The notes beneath the pieces are model-generated. The model had not been told where the DNA came from. It made no database searches and worked only from the letters and a program-made list of their open reading frames with translations. A stretch of 64,000 nucleotides of DNA from the NCBI GenBank assembly GCA_965222605.1, contig OZ244960.1:5120001-5184000 (forward strand). The letters run 5' to 3'. Positions 27,675 to 36,842 of the stretch are shown here, piece by piece; within the stretch, counting starts at the first letter, position 1, and each line of letters opens with the position of its first letter. Origin of the DNA: Candidatus Latescibacterota bacterium (GTDB taxonomy: Bacteria > Latescibacterota > UBA2968). A program made the position numbers and the translations under genes.

Positions 27675-30620
27675 CTAACCGGACAACGCAAGGTTGCCCA
27701 CTATCTTCCGGAATCGGTTTGCTGCCTCCTGTATGGTCTCTTCGGTACCGCCGAACATGAGCCTCACATGGTCTCCGGACCCGTACGGTCCGCCGGGCTC
27801 GACAGCGACGCCGTATTCTGAAAGCAGCGCTTCGGCAAATTCCGCGCTGGGAAGGCCGAGTCCGCGTACGTTCAGAAATAGAAATGGCGCTCCTGCCGGG
27901 ACGGCAAAGGAAATCCCCGGTGCCTGGTCCAGGCCCTCTATCATCAGGTCACGGTACTGCTGATACCGCCTGGCAATCTCGTGCACCCAGTCCTGCGGTC
28001 CCTCCAATGCCGCCTGCGCTGCCCGCTGGGCGATATGGCTGCAGGTGAGCACATTCCACTCAAGCACCTTCCGGCAAGCAGCTATCAGGTCCGAGGGCCC
28101 GACAATATACCCCAGCCGCCACGGCTGCATCGCATAGCTCTTGGTAAAACTGCACAATGTCAGCAGCCGGTCCCGGATCTCTGGAATGGAGGCCGCCCTC
28201 AAGTGCTTTCGCCCGTCATAGACCATCTTGTCGTAGCACTCGTCAGAGAGAATCAAGAGATTGTGCCTGAGGGCCAGCTCCGCGATCGCCTCGAGATCTC
28301 TCTTTGACGCCACATATCCTGTCGGATTGCCGGGCGAATTCAGGATCACCATGCGGGTTCTTGACGAACAGGCCGCTTCCACGGCCTCGAGGTCCCAGCG
28401 CCAGTTCTGTTCCTGGTGAGTCGGCACGCAGACCGCGACGGCTCCGGCGAGGTGAAGCGGGCCTCCAAATTGAAATCCCGGACTGAACATCAGAACCTCA
28501 TCGCCCGGCGCGAGCAGCGCCAGAAACGCGATGCTCATGGCATGCATGGCGCCGTGCGTAATCAGGATCTCCGTATCCGGTTCCGGTCGGATCCCGTCAT
28601 CGGTTTCCCATCTTGCCGCGATGGCTTTCCGAAGTTCGGGGAAGCCGTTGGAAGGGGCCATCGCATTCTCGCCTATGGCCTTTTCGGCGGCGGCCAGGAC
28701 ATGTTCCGGCGGCGGCCAGGCGGGCGAACCCTTAAGCGACAGGACTTCGCTTCCCGCGACCTGGAACGAGGTGACGCGGTCTGCCATTTCCTTCGAGCTG
28801 ACCCTGCCGGCCAGGGCCGCCCGACTCGGTATCCTGGAAAGGTCTTCTGCAGAGAGATCCGCCGATGCCCTATCTTCATGTTCGCCTGCTGCCAGCATCC
28901 TCTGCCGGGTCGCGGCTGTTGCCTCTTCATCCATACTCAGTGTTAGGGGGTCGATCAGCACACCATAAACTTCCCTGGCCTGCTCGAGGCTGACCTTGTC
29001 ATTCCGTACATCTTCCAGGACCATTTGAGGATTCCGTTCCACAGGCGTGCCCCAGCCGCCGCCGCCTGCCTGAAGATGGCGCAGGATCTCTCCTTTCCTT
29101 AACACGATCGCTTCGCTTGGAAGCACAGGAAGAAGTGACTGGTGCGGTCCAGAATAGAGAGTATTGCAGGTTGGAGACCCGGAAAGGCCGCCCTGCAGCC
29201 CGTACGGTCGATGCGCCCGTCGGTCCGAACGCATGCTCAAAACGGCTTCCTCCGCGAGGATCCTGTATTCTCTCATGAGTGCCAACCCGCCCCGGTATTT
29301 TCCCGGTCCGCCGGAATCCATGACCAGGCCGTACTGCAATATCTCAATGGGGTGACGTGCTTCGATGAGTTCGACGGGCTGGTTGGATTGATTGGCGCCG
29401 GGATTGGGAACGCCTTCGGCGCCGTCGCGATCCGGCCGACCGCCTGAACAGCCGAGAACGGATTCTGTAAAGACAAATGGCTCGCCTTCGTGATAACCGC
29501 CAATCGAGGGAAACGTTGCGCCGCCCTCCCCTGCCGCCGGCACACGGTCCGGAACGGCCCTGGCCAGCGCGCCCAGAAGGGTGTCCAGCATCCGAAAGCC
29601 CGTAATCCCGCGGGTTGAGCAGGCGGCAGGCAGGACGGGGTTCATAATCGTACCCTCCGGTGCGAGAACCCGGATGGGCCGCATATAACCCTCATTGTTG
29701 GGGATATCACGCCCTCCCAGACATCGGAAAGCAAGGTAGGATGCTGAGAGAGTCATCGGGAAGGGCGCATTAATGCCGCCTTTCACCTGCGGCGCGCTCC
29801 CGCTCCAGTCCACGACTGCCTCCTCACCGGCAATCGTGATGGTCACCTGAAACCGGATCGGTTCCGGTTCGCTGCCCAGACCGTCGATGAAATCCGTGAA
29901 CTCATAGCTGCCGTCTGGGATGGCCTGAATCTCTTCCCGCATCATGCGTTCGGAGAGTTCGAGAAGTTGGTTGAGATAATGCCCCAGCGAATCCGATCCA
30001 TATTTTTCCAGAAGCTGCATATAGGCCTGTTCAGCCTGGCGGCAGGCAGCGAGCTGGGCGCGCATATCGCCCGCGACTTCCACAGGTACCCTGACATTTT
30101 TTTCTATAAATCTGAATACCGTATCATTGGGTGTTCCCCGGTCGTAAAGTTTGACGAGTGGAATGCGGAGACCTTCCTGGTAGATCTCGGTGGAGAACGA
30201 CGTATTGCTCCCGGGTGCGATCCCACCAACGTCCGCATGGTGGACTAGGGCAACTGCAAAGCCCTCCAGTACGCCAGCATAAAATATGGGCAGGGTGAGA
30301 TAGATATCCGGCAGATGCATGCCGCCGGCACCGTAAGGGTCATTGGTAATAAACACGTCGTCCGCATGTATTCTGTCTTCATATGCCCGGGTGAGTTCTG
30401 CCATGGCCACGGGAAACGAGCCGAGATGCAGCGCGGTCGTGAGACCCTGGGCGATCATTCTGCCTTTTGCGTCAAACAGCGCGGTGGAATAGTCCATGGA
30501 ATCTCGCACCACTGATGAATAGGCACTGCGCATCAGCACAAGCGCCATTGTATCAGCGATCATTTCCAGGGCGTTGCGAATGACTTCAAGAGTTACAGGG
30601 TCTGTCTTGTTCATGTCCAC
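27675..30620 (-). CDS. Fusion of hydantoinase B/oxoprolinase subunit (pair 3) and C-terminal class I/II PLP aminotransferase
   Basis: Residues ~1-580 carry full HyuB motifs (DPVTLEVIRNAL, HLGS, NDPY..GGMHLPD, HHADVGG, GGGGWG.P.ER, A.EVYGV). Residues ~600-981 carry aminotransferase motifs (G.PELR.AIA, NSPGNPTG, SDECY, SFTKSYAM..WRLGY, PG..YG...HVRL). Confidence 0.88.
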   Translation of the reverse strand: MDMNKTDPVTLEVIRNALEMIADTMALVLMRSAYSSVVRDSMDYSTALFDAKGRMIAQGLTTALHLGSFPVAMAELTRAYEDRIHADDVFITNDPYGAGGMHLPDIYLTLPIFYAGVLEGFAVALVHHADVGGIAPGSNTSFSTEIYQEGLRIPLVKLYDRGTPNDTVFRFIEKNVRVPVEVAGDMRAQLAACRQAEQAYMQLLEKYGSDSLGHYLNQLLELSERMMREEIQAIPDGSYEFTDFIDGLGSEPEPIRFQVTITIAGEEAVVDWSGSAPQVKGGINAPFPMTLSASYLAFRCLGGRDIPNNEGYMRPIRVLAPEGTIMNPVLPAACSTRGITGFRMLDTLLGALARAVPDRVPAAGEGGATFPSIGGYHEGEPFVFTESVLGCSGGRPDRDGAEGVPNPGANQSNQPVELIEARHPIEILQYGLVMDSGGPGKYRGGLALMREYRILAEEAVLSMRSDRRAHRPYGLQGGLSGSPTCNTLYSGPHQSLLPVLPSEAIVLRKGEILRHLQAGGGGWGTPVERNPQMVLEDVRNDKVSLEQAREVYGVLIDPLTLSMDEEATAATRQRMLAAGEHEDRASADLSAEDLSRIPSRAALAGRVSSKEMADRVTSFQVAGSEVLSLKGSPAWPPPEHVLAAAEKAIGENAMAPSNGFPELRKAIAARWETDDGIRPEPDTEILITHGAMHAMSIAFLALLAPGDEVLMFSPGFQFGGPLHLAGAVAVCVPTHQEQNWRWDLEAVEAACSSRTRMVILNSPGNPTGYVASKRDLEAIAELALRHNLLILSDECYDKMVYDGRKHLRAASIPEIRDRLLTLCSFTKSYAMQPWRLGYIVGPSDLIAACRKVLEWNVLTCSHIAQRAAQAALEGPQDWVHEIARRYQQYRDLMIEGLDQAPGISFAVPAGAPFLFLNVRGLGLPSAEFAEALLSEYGVAVEPGGPYGSGDHVRLMFGGTEETIQEAANRFRKIVGNLALSG

Positions 30621-30635
30621 TCTCTCACACCGTGG

Positions 30636-32744
30636 TCAGGCATGTCGAAGAATGATGTTCTGGAACTCGTCCATAGATGCCTGCCAACCTGGCGGCACGA
30701 CGGTGGTCGAGTCCAATTCTTCGATGATCAAGGGTCCTCCGGTGGGCGCGGCACGGAGGGATTGCCGTGAACAAACCGCGGTTTCCAGGTCACCGTCGGC
30801 CGGCCCGAAAAAGGCTGTTCTGCAGCCGTTTGGTACGACGTTCTCTTCCCGGTGATCCGCACGGAACAGGTCCCGCGGCTCATCCGCTCCAAACTCCCGA
30901 ATGACGCTCGAGACAATCCTGAGGTTGACCAGTTCGATGGGGTCATGGTTTGCCCGGTGGCCGTAGGTCGTGAGGTGCTCCTGCTCGAATACCTCCGCCA
31001 ATGTCGTTAGTTCCCCGGGTCCAAGCGGAACGCCGGGTGCAGGCACGGTCAGCTCGGTGGCCTGGTTGACATAGCGCAAATCGGCAAGCCGCCGTACTCG
31101 AATCTGTTCGGGGCGATATCCTTCGGCAACGAGCGTCTCCACCGTCTGCGACTCGAGTTCGCTATAGAGCCGGTTCAAGTCTTCGGGCCTGACCTCTTCC
31201 AGTCTGCGACACCAGGTTCGGACGGATTCATGCTCGGGTTCGGACACAAGCAGCCCGAAGGCACTGAACAGGCCGGGATGCGGCGGAATAATAACTTCTC
31301 GCATGCCCAGGGCCTGTGCGAGGGTTGTGGCTACGAGGGGCCCGCACCCACCGAATGCCAACAGGGCGGCCTCACGCGGATCTCTTCCGCGATACGTAGA
31401 AACGGACTTCACGGCCCGGATCATGGTCGCACAGGCCAGTGTAAAAGCCCCATAGGCGGCCTTCATCAGGCATTGTTGCATCGGTCTGGCCACTTTCTTC
31501 TCGAATATCCTCCTCGCTTGCGCTGTCGCCAGTTTCATCTTCCCGCCAAGCAGAGCATCGGGACTGAGATAGCCGAGCAGGACGGCGGCGTCCGTGAAGG
31601 TCGGCTCCTCGCCTCCAAGCCCGTAGCAGACGGGCCCGGGGTCTGCGCCGGCACTTTCCGGCCCGACCCGGAGCCGGCCGTGACGGTCAACCGAAACGAT
31701 ACTCCCGCCGCCCGCTCCGATCTCCGCGATATCGATGACCGGCAGCTTGAGCGCATATCCTGCGCCTTTGACAAGGCGGCTGCTCAGGTTGATACCGGCG
31801 CCGACTTCATATTCGGAAGTCCGCGCAACGGTTCCGTTCTCAACTATGGCGGTCTTGGCGGTTGTGCCGCCCATGTCCAGGGTAATCACATTTGTGTAGC
31901 CTGCTTTGCCGGCCATCCAGGCTGCGGCCATCACCCCGGCCGCCGGTCCGGATTCAATCAGGTGGGCGGGCTTCTTCTGCGCCGAGTCGGCTGTCATCAC
32001 CCCACCCCCTGAATGCAGAACCTCCAGCGGCGCGCGAATGCCCATCGACTGGAGTTGTTCGCTCAGGGAATTCAGATATCGCTGCATGACCGGCCCGAGG
32101 TAGGCATTAATCACTGTCGTGCTCGTACGCTCATATTCGCGGATTTCAGGAAGGACCTCGCAGGAGGTGGTGACAAATATATCGGGAAGCGACTCCCGGG
32201 CTGCAGCGACCGTCCGGAGTTCGTGCTCCGGGTTGGCGTAGGAATGGAGCAGACAGATCGCCAGTGCTTCGATCTCCTGCTGCTGCACGGTGTTCAGGAC
32301 ATTTTCCAGGGACACCTGCTGGAGAGGTTCCCGCACCCGGCCGCGAGCGTCCATTCGTTCATCCAATTCGAATCGCAGGTGGCGTGGAACAAGAGGACTG
32401 GGCGGGTTGTAAAAAAGGTTGTAAAGCTCGGGGATCCGAATCCGTCGCATCTCGAGAACGTCTCGAAATCCCTTTGTCGTGATCAGGGCCGTCCGGGCTC
32501 CCTTGCCTTCCAGGATCGCATTTGTGGCGACAGTCGTGGCATGTGCGATTCTCTCAATGGAGACCTCTGAAATCCGGCGATCTTCAATCAATCCGCGAAG
32601 CCCCTGAATGATACCCCGGGCGTAGTCCTCCGGCGTGGAAAGGACCTTCCGGACAGCGAGCGAACCGTCACTGCCCAAGACAGCAATGTCGGTAAATGTT
32701 CCGCCGATATCGATGCCGATGTGAGATGATGTCGGTGATATCAA
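30636..32744 (-). CDS. hyuA: Hydantoinase A/oxoprolinase-family ATP-binding subunit (pair 3)
   Basis: GIDIGGTFTD, HATTVATNA, EYERTSTT..NAY, ESGPAAG, DMGGTTAK, EIGAGGGS, SAGADPGP.CY. Confidence 0.9.
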   Translation of the reverse strand: MISPTSSHIGIDIGGTFTDIAVLGSDGSLAVRKVLSTPEDYARGIIQGLRGLIEDRRISEVSIERIAHATTVATNAILEGKGARTALITTKGFRDVLEMRRIRIPELYNLFYNPPSPLVPRHLRFELDERMDARGRVREPLQQVSLENVLNTVQQQEIEALAICLLHSYANPEHELRTVAAARESLPDIFVTTSCEVLPEIREYERTSTTVINAYLGPVMQRYLNSLSEQLQSMGIRAPLEVLHSGGGVMTADSAQKKPAHLIESGPAAGVMAAAWMAGKAGYTNVITLDMGGTTAKTAIVENGTVARTSEYEVGAGINLSSRLVKGAGYALKLPVIDIAEIGAGGGSIVSVDRHGRLRVGPESAGADPGPVCYGLGGEEPTFTDAAVLLGYLSPDALLGGKMKLATAQARRIFEKKVARPMQQCLMKAAYGAFTLACATMIRAVKSVSTYRGRDPREAALLAFGGCGPLVATTLAQALGMREVIIPPHPGLFSAFGLLVSEPEHESVRTWCRRLEEVRPEDLNRLYSELESQTVETLVAEGYRPEQIRVRRLADLRYVNQATELTVPAPGVPLGPGELTTLAEVFEQEHLTTYGHRANHDPIELVNLRIVSSVIREFGADEPRDLFRADHREENVVPNGCRTAFFGPADGDLETAVCSRQSLRAAPTGGPLIIEELDSTTVVPPGWQASMDEFQNIILRHA

Positions 32745-32824
32745 TTTCAGCCTCCCGATGCGGGCTCAGCTATCTTGATAGAATGGCATTTCTTCAGGCG
32801 TTAGCATGAACTTTGCTCTTTCAT

Positions 32825-34570
32825 TCAACCCTCATCGACGACCGGCAGCACGACATGCGACGGGTACTGAGCCGTATGCAGCACGGTCTGTTGGGCCGTC
32901 TGCATCCTGGTGCCGGTCGCCACATCTTCCCCGGTGTTCAAATTGCGGCTGAAGCGCGGGAAGTTGCTGCTGCTGATATCGAGCCGCAAGCGGTGCCCGG
33001 CCAAAAACGCATGGCACGCCGGACAGAGTTCGATCTTGAATTCGTCGACCTCGCCAGGCTCCAAAAGTTCCGTCTCAGTCAAGCTTTTGCGATAGCGCCC
33101 CCGCAGTATGCCCTCGCAGAGTACCAGCGAACGCCCTTCCCGATCGACATCGGTCAACCGCGCCGTAAAGTCCGTGTCCAGCGCGGACGATGCCGCATAG
33201 AGCACCACCTGAACTGGACCGATGACGATGAGATTCTCGGCCAATACAGGCGAAGTATAGACCAGCACATCGGCGCGAGCTTCAATCGACCGCTGGTCGA
33301 CCGGACCGGCCAGGAGCGGATCTTCGGCGTTCTGGCTCATCATCTGCACCGACAGGTTTCCGCCGCGGGTCGGCACCGGATCCTGCGGGTCGTACGCAAA
33401 GCGGTCGGCTGGCTCATTTCCGGGCGGCTTTTGGTCCAGGCCGCCGTCGTCGGGATCGGACTGCGCCCGGCCGTTGCTATGCATATAGTACGGCTCGGTG
33501 CGCGTGCCCGGTAGCGGCCACTGGTCGGCGCAACGCCAGCGATTGACCCCCGTCACAAAGATCCGGATCGGCTGTTCGTCAGCCATCGCACCCTCGATCC
33601 CCCTGAGTTGCCAGTCGAAAAAGCGTTGCTCTTCCTTGCGGATATCCAAAAGCGACTCCGGGCCAAAATTCATATCGCCCATCCGCGTGCTATCCGGCAC
33701 TTCGTGCGTCCACGGACCGACCAGGATCCGTTGCTGGGTGCGCGCTTGCGGCGTAGCACCGTGTTGGCTCATCCCGTTGAAGCCGCGGAAACCGGCCGCC
33801 GCATAGGGATCGAAAAAACCGCACTGTTGGAAAGTAGGTACGGTTATCTGGTGATAGCGGCCCATCGTGTTGCAGCGCTCCCAGTAAGCGTCGTAGGTCG
33901 GGTGCTCCAGCCACTCGCGCCAATAGGGCACCTTGCGTCCAATAGCCCATTCGTCGAGTTCGATCAGTGGCAGGTAGCTCCAGAAGGCGCGGTTCTGAAA
34001 GATCTTGGCCGCCTGGCTTCCGACGACCGTGGCCAAATTGGTCTCCCAAATAACCGCCGCCCCCAGCGAGAGCATCAGTTGAAACGCCCCGCCCACGTAA
34101 TGGCAGTCGCTGAAGAAATCGTCGCAGACGACGTGCGGGGCCATACATGTCAGGTGTGGGCTTTGCAACGGTGCCATCAACCACTGGGTCAGCGCCCCGT
34201 AACTGCGGCCCCAGGTAGCGATCTTGCCGTTGCACCACGCCTGTGCAGCGACGCATTCCAAGGTGTCGTAACCATCCTCGATATCGCGAAAATAGGCGTG
34301 GAACACGCCTTCGGATTCAAAGCGCCCCCGACAGTCTTCGACCACGAATGCGTATCCGCGCTCCGCCCACCAGACCCCGAGTTCGATAAACACGTCGCGA
34401 CCGCTTTCATAGGGCGTTCGCGTCACAATGGTCGGAAAGGGACCTTGCGCATAGCGCGGCAGGTAGACGTCTGCCGAGAGCCGCACGCCATCGCGCATCG
34501 GCAACCGCAACCCGTGCAGGAGGCGAACCTCGTGCAAAGCAGAGTGGTTTTGCTCATGCGTTGCTGTCAT
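32825..34570 (-). CDS. CocE/NonD-family serine hydrolase (copy 2)
   Basis: MRDGVRLSADVY.P, RTPY, D.RGRFESEG, DGYDT, GRSY.A nucleophile elbow, GPWTH, YDP..PVPT.GG, DTDFTARL, GHRLRLDISSSNFP. GGAG RBS. Confidence 0.9.
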   Translation of the reverse strand: MTATHEQNHSALHEVRLLHGLRLPMRDGVRLSADVYLPRYAQGPFPTIVTRTPYESGRDVFIELGVWWAERGYAFVVEDCRGRFESEGVFHAYFRDIEDGYDTLECVAAQAWCNGKIATWGRSYGALTQWLMAPLQSPHLTCMAPHVVCDDFFSDCHYVGGAFQLMLSLGAAVIWETNLATVVGSQAAKIFQNRAFWSYLPLIELDEWAIGRKVPYWREWLEHPTYDAYWERCNTMGRYHQITVPTFQQCGFFDPYAAAGFRGFNGMSQHGATPQARTQQRILVGPWTHEVPDSTRMGDMNFGPESLLDIRKEEQRFFDWQLRGIEGAMADEQPIRIFVTGVNRWRCADQWPLPGTRTEPYYMHSNGRAQSDPDDGGLDQKPPGNEPADRFAYDPQDPVPTRGGNLSVQMMSQNAEDPLLAGPVDQRSIEARADVLVYTSPVLAENLIVIGPVQVVLYAASSALDTDFTARLTDVDREGRSLVLCEGILRGRYRKSLTETELLEPGEVDEFKIELCPACHAFLAGHRLRLDISSSNFPRFSRNLNTGEDVATGTRMQTAQQTVLHTAQYPSHVVLPVVDEG

Positions 34571-34649
34571 TAACTCGACTCCTTCGCGCCGTCAGTAATG
34601 TTCTCGGACATCATGTTCCTATCGGCCCTTACCCTTCAGGTGATTGTCT

Positions 34650-35434
34650 TCACCACCGGATGGACACGGGCGTCAGCAGCCCGGCGGCTTGGCGTTCCCG
34701 TAGGGCCGTCGCGGCTTTCCCTTCCAGGAAGAGCTCAGGCTGGTTCAAACCCAATAGGTTCGCCGCGCTACTCGTGACCTCTAACTCGATCTCGTTCGGC
34801 CCCGGCAGCACGAGATCCGTGATGTCGAACGTGTAGGGGCGCCAGAGGCGCGGTGCGAGACGATGCCCGTTGACAATCAGTGCTGCCACTGCGGCGACCT
34901 CCTCTGCATGAGCCCAGACGCGGCCCCCCAGTGGCGGCAACTCGCATCGCCAGCGGTACCGGGCCGTGCCTGTGTAGTTTGGAAAGCCCGCCTCAGCCCA
35001 TGACCCGGGGCTGAGGCGCCGTCGTGTCTTGACCAGGGCACAGGGCGCTCGGACTCGCCGTAGAAGCCGGCCAGGCAGTACGACACCTCATCAGTGAAGA
35101 GGCCGGCAATCGTCTTGCCCAGCTCTCCGGGGAAACGGCTGCGGTAGGCTTCATGAGTGAGCTCAATGAATGCCCGTACGGTCTCCGGGTCGGAAACATC
35201 GCCGTAGCCCTCTTGCCCCCAGCAGAAGGGCGACCACTGCGCAAAAGGGCACACCCCATTCTGTGGCGTCTCGTGGAAGACGGTCGCTTTGCCCGATTCG
35301 TCCACGCATTGCCATGCAGCGTGATCGTCCTGGGGTGGCACACCAAGGGGGGCGTTCCAGAACCACATGATGTGCGGACGGTAGGCGTCCCCAGGTGTGG
35401 CGAACTGCTTGATGAAGTCGTTGCTCAGAGGCAT
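34650..35434 (-). pseudogene. Internally deleted, frameshifted remnant of a large glycoside hydrolase (GH106/alpha-L-rhamnosidase-like)
   Basis: N-terminal F..P...YRP...WFWN, then D..DP..V..FI..THE.Y...F..ELGKTI.G.FTDE..PWS. Another frame gives GSW.EAGFPNYTGT.RY and V..LIVNG.....LWRPY.FDIT.....G.NEIELEVTSS.AN..GLL.PV. All of this fits in ~785 bp. Confidence 0.75.
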
Positions 35435-35444
35435 CTATCACCTC

Positions 35445-36842
35445 TCAGTCATTTTCGAATAATTCCGTCAGTATTGCCAACGTCGCTTCGACGATGCGCT
35501 CCAACGAGTCCGGCGCAAACTTGGCCCAGTAGGTGCAGTGGGCGTTGGTTTCGTGCCCTGGTCTTGCGCAGGCGTCGCTCGTGGGGAGGTAGCCGACGTA
35601 TTGCGTGGACATGTGAGCGATGAAGGTGAGCTTCGCAGGTGACCTGGTCTTAATCTCCAATTGACCTTCCACGAACGGCTCGCCGGGCAGAGAAATGATA
35701 GCCATGTCGCCGATGCGGAAGACCTGGATTTCATACATGAATTGCGGCTCACGATTGCGGCAAAGCTCGATGCTTTTCGTCGACGCGGCATGAAACCATG
35801 TGGGGTCCACTTCGCCGTTGTCTTGTAGTTTCAGCGTTGGGTGTTCGGCCAGAATGAGGTTGACCTGGTCTTGCCGATCGTCAGGAATATCGCGATACGC
35901 CAGAGGGATTTTTTCGAAACGCCAATCGATCGAATCAACGTCTGCAAAGTTCAGCGATTCGATGACGGCTTGTGTGGTGTCCGCCAATTCATTCCCCATG
36001 CGCACGTGGTCAGGCGTGAAGTTGGGCGTAAAGGCAGGCCATGGATTGACGTTGCCACAACATCCGTTGATGACCAGGGGCGAGCACATCAGACTGTTTT
36101 GGTCTTTGACTTTTGCGCTCCACGCGCCGGGCCAGTCGGCGCAGACGGTATTTTTTTCCCGAGCAAACACGTTGACCGGATGACAGGTAAAGTGCAGCAG
36201 CATCGCGGCTGTGTCACCCGCGGCCGATTGTGCGCACCACACACCCACCTGTGGGTCGGCAGGGCCTTCCAGGTAAACGATGTCCGTCGGCCCCAGAGGT
36301 TTGGCGTCGCTGGTGAAGGGCCACGGCATGCTGATATTGCCGCCGCGCATCACGCCACGCCGATTAAAGGCCAGGTCGTCGCGAACGGCATGCCCCCTGG
36401 CGACCTGCACTGGCGTTAACGCATCGTTCGCTTCCTGGATCGCGCGGGTTGCGCCAGCGACGGCCTGCTTCGTATACGCGGCTTCACTACCGGTGATGTG
36501 CTCCTGATCAGCTCTTAGGTCAAGCGGGAAATCCGGGTCGAGCATGAGGGCGCCGCAACTCGGCGCCGAGTGATTCTGCAACGAATGCACCATCACGGCG
36601 TGGGGTTCAAAGCCCAGCGCGACAGCGCTTTCTCGAATGGCCCGGGTGTAGGGCAAAGTAACCGCCAACGTGTCTAGCGTGATGATACACAATTTCGCGT
36701 CTTTGGCCTGGGCGACCATCACTTTGGCGTAAAGTGGATCGAGGATTTTTTGAGCAGGGCGGTGTTCTCCCATGCCGCTTCCGGCCAGGTGCGTGCCCAA
36801 AGGCGGTGTGATGTCGATGGCGGCTTGGCCTATTTGAAGCAT
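35445..36842 (-). CDS. Neutral/alkaline ceramidase-like amidohydrolase (copy 4)
   Basis: Start reassigned to ATG 36842 (MLQIGQAAIDITP); the upstream extension in the ORF track is AT-rich and not family-like. Motifs DPLYAK, QNHSAP, AVRDDLAFNRRGV, HFTCHPVNVFA, NGCCGN.NPWP, LPGEPFVEGQLEIK. Close paralog of copy 3. Confidence 0.8.
   Translation of the reverse strand: MLQIGQAAIDITPPLGTHLAGSGMGEHRPAQKILDPLYAKVMVAQAKDAKLCIITLDTLAVTLPYTRAIRESAVALGFEPHAVMVHSLQNHSAPSCGALMLDPDFPLDLRADQEHITGSEAAYTKQAVAGATRAIQEANDALTPVQVARGHAVRDDLAFNRRGVMRGGNISMPWPFTSDAKPLGPTDIVYLEGPADPQVGVWCAQSAAGDTAAMLLHFTCHPVNVFAREKNTVCADWPGAWSAKVKDQNSLMCSPLVINGCCGNVNPWPAFTPNFTPDHVRMGNELADTTQAVIESLNFADVDSIDWRFEKIPLAYRDIPDDRQDQVNLILAEHPTLKLQDNGEVDPTWFHAASTKSIELCRNREPQFMYEIQVFRIGDMAIISLPGEPFVEGQLEIKTRSPAKLTFIAHMSTQYVGYLPTSDACARPGHETNAHCTYWAKFAPDSLERIVEATLAILTELFEND

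Noticed and set aside
6297-34573. Other long antisense or alternate-frame ORFs (6297..7319, 8634..9488, 11510..12658, 16600..17577, 23271..24050, 33608..34573)
   Set aside because: They overlap well-supported genes and are expected from codon bias in GC-rich DNA.
1-36842. Biosynthetic gene cluster for a natural product
   Set aside because: There is no scaffold-forming enzyme (NRPS, PKS, RiPP precursor or ligase). The content is hydrolases plus transport, which fits catabolism better.
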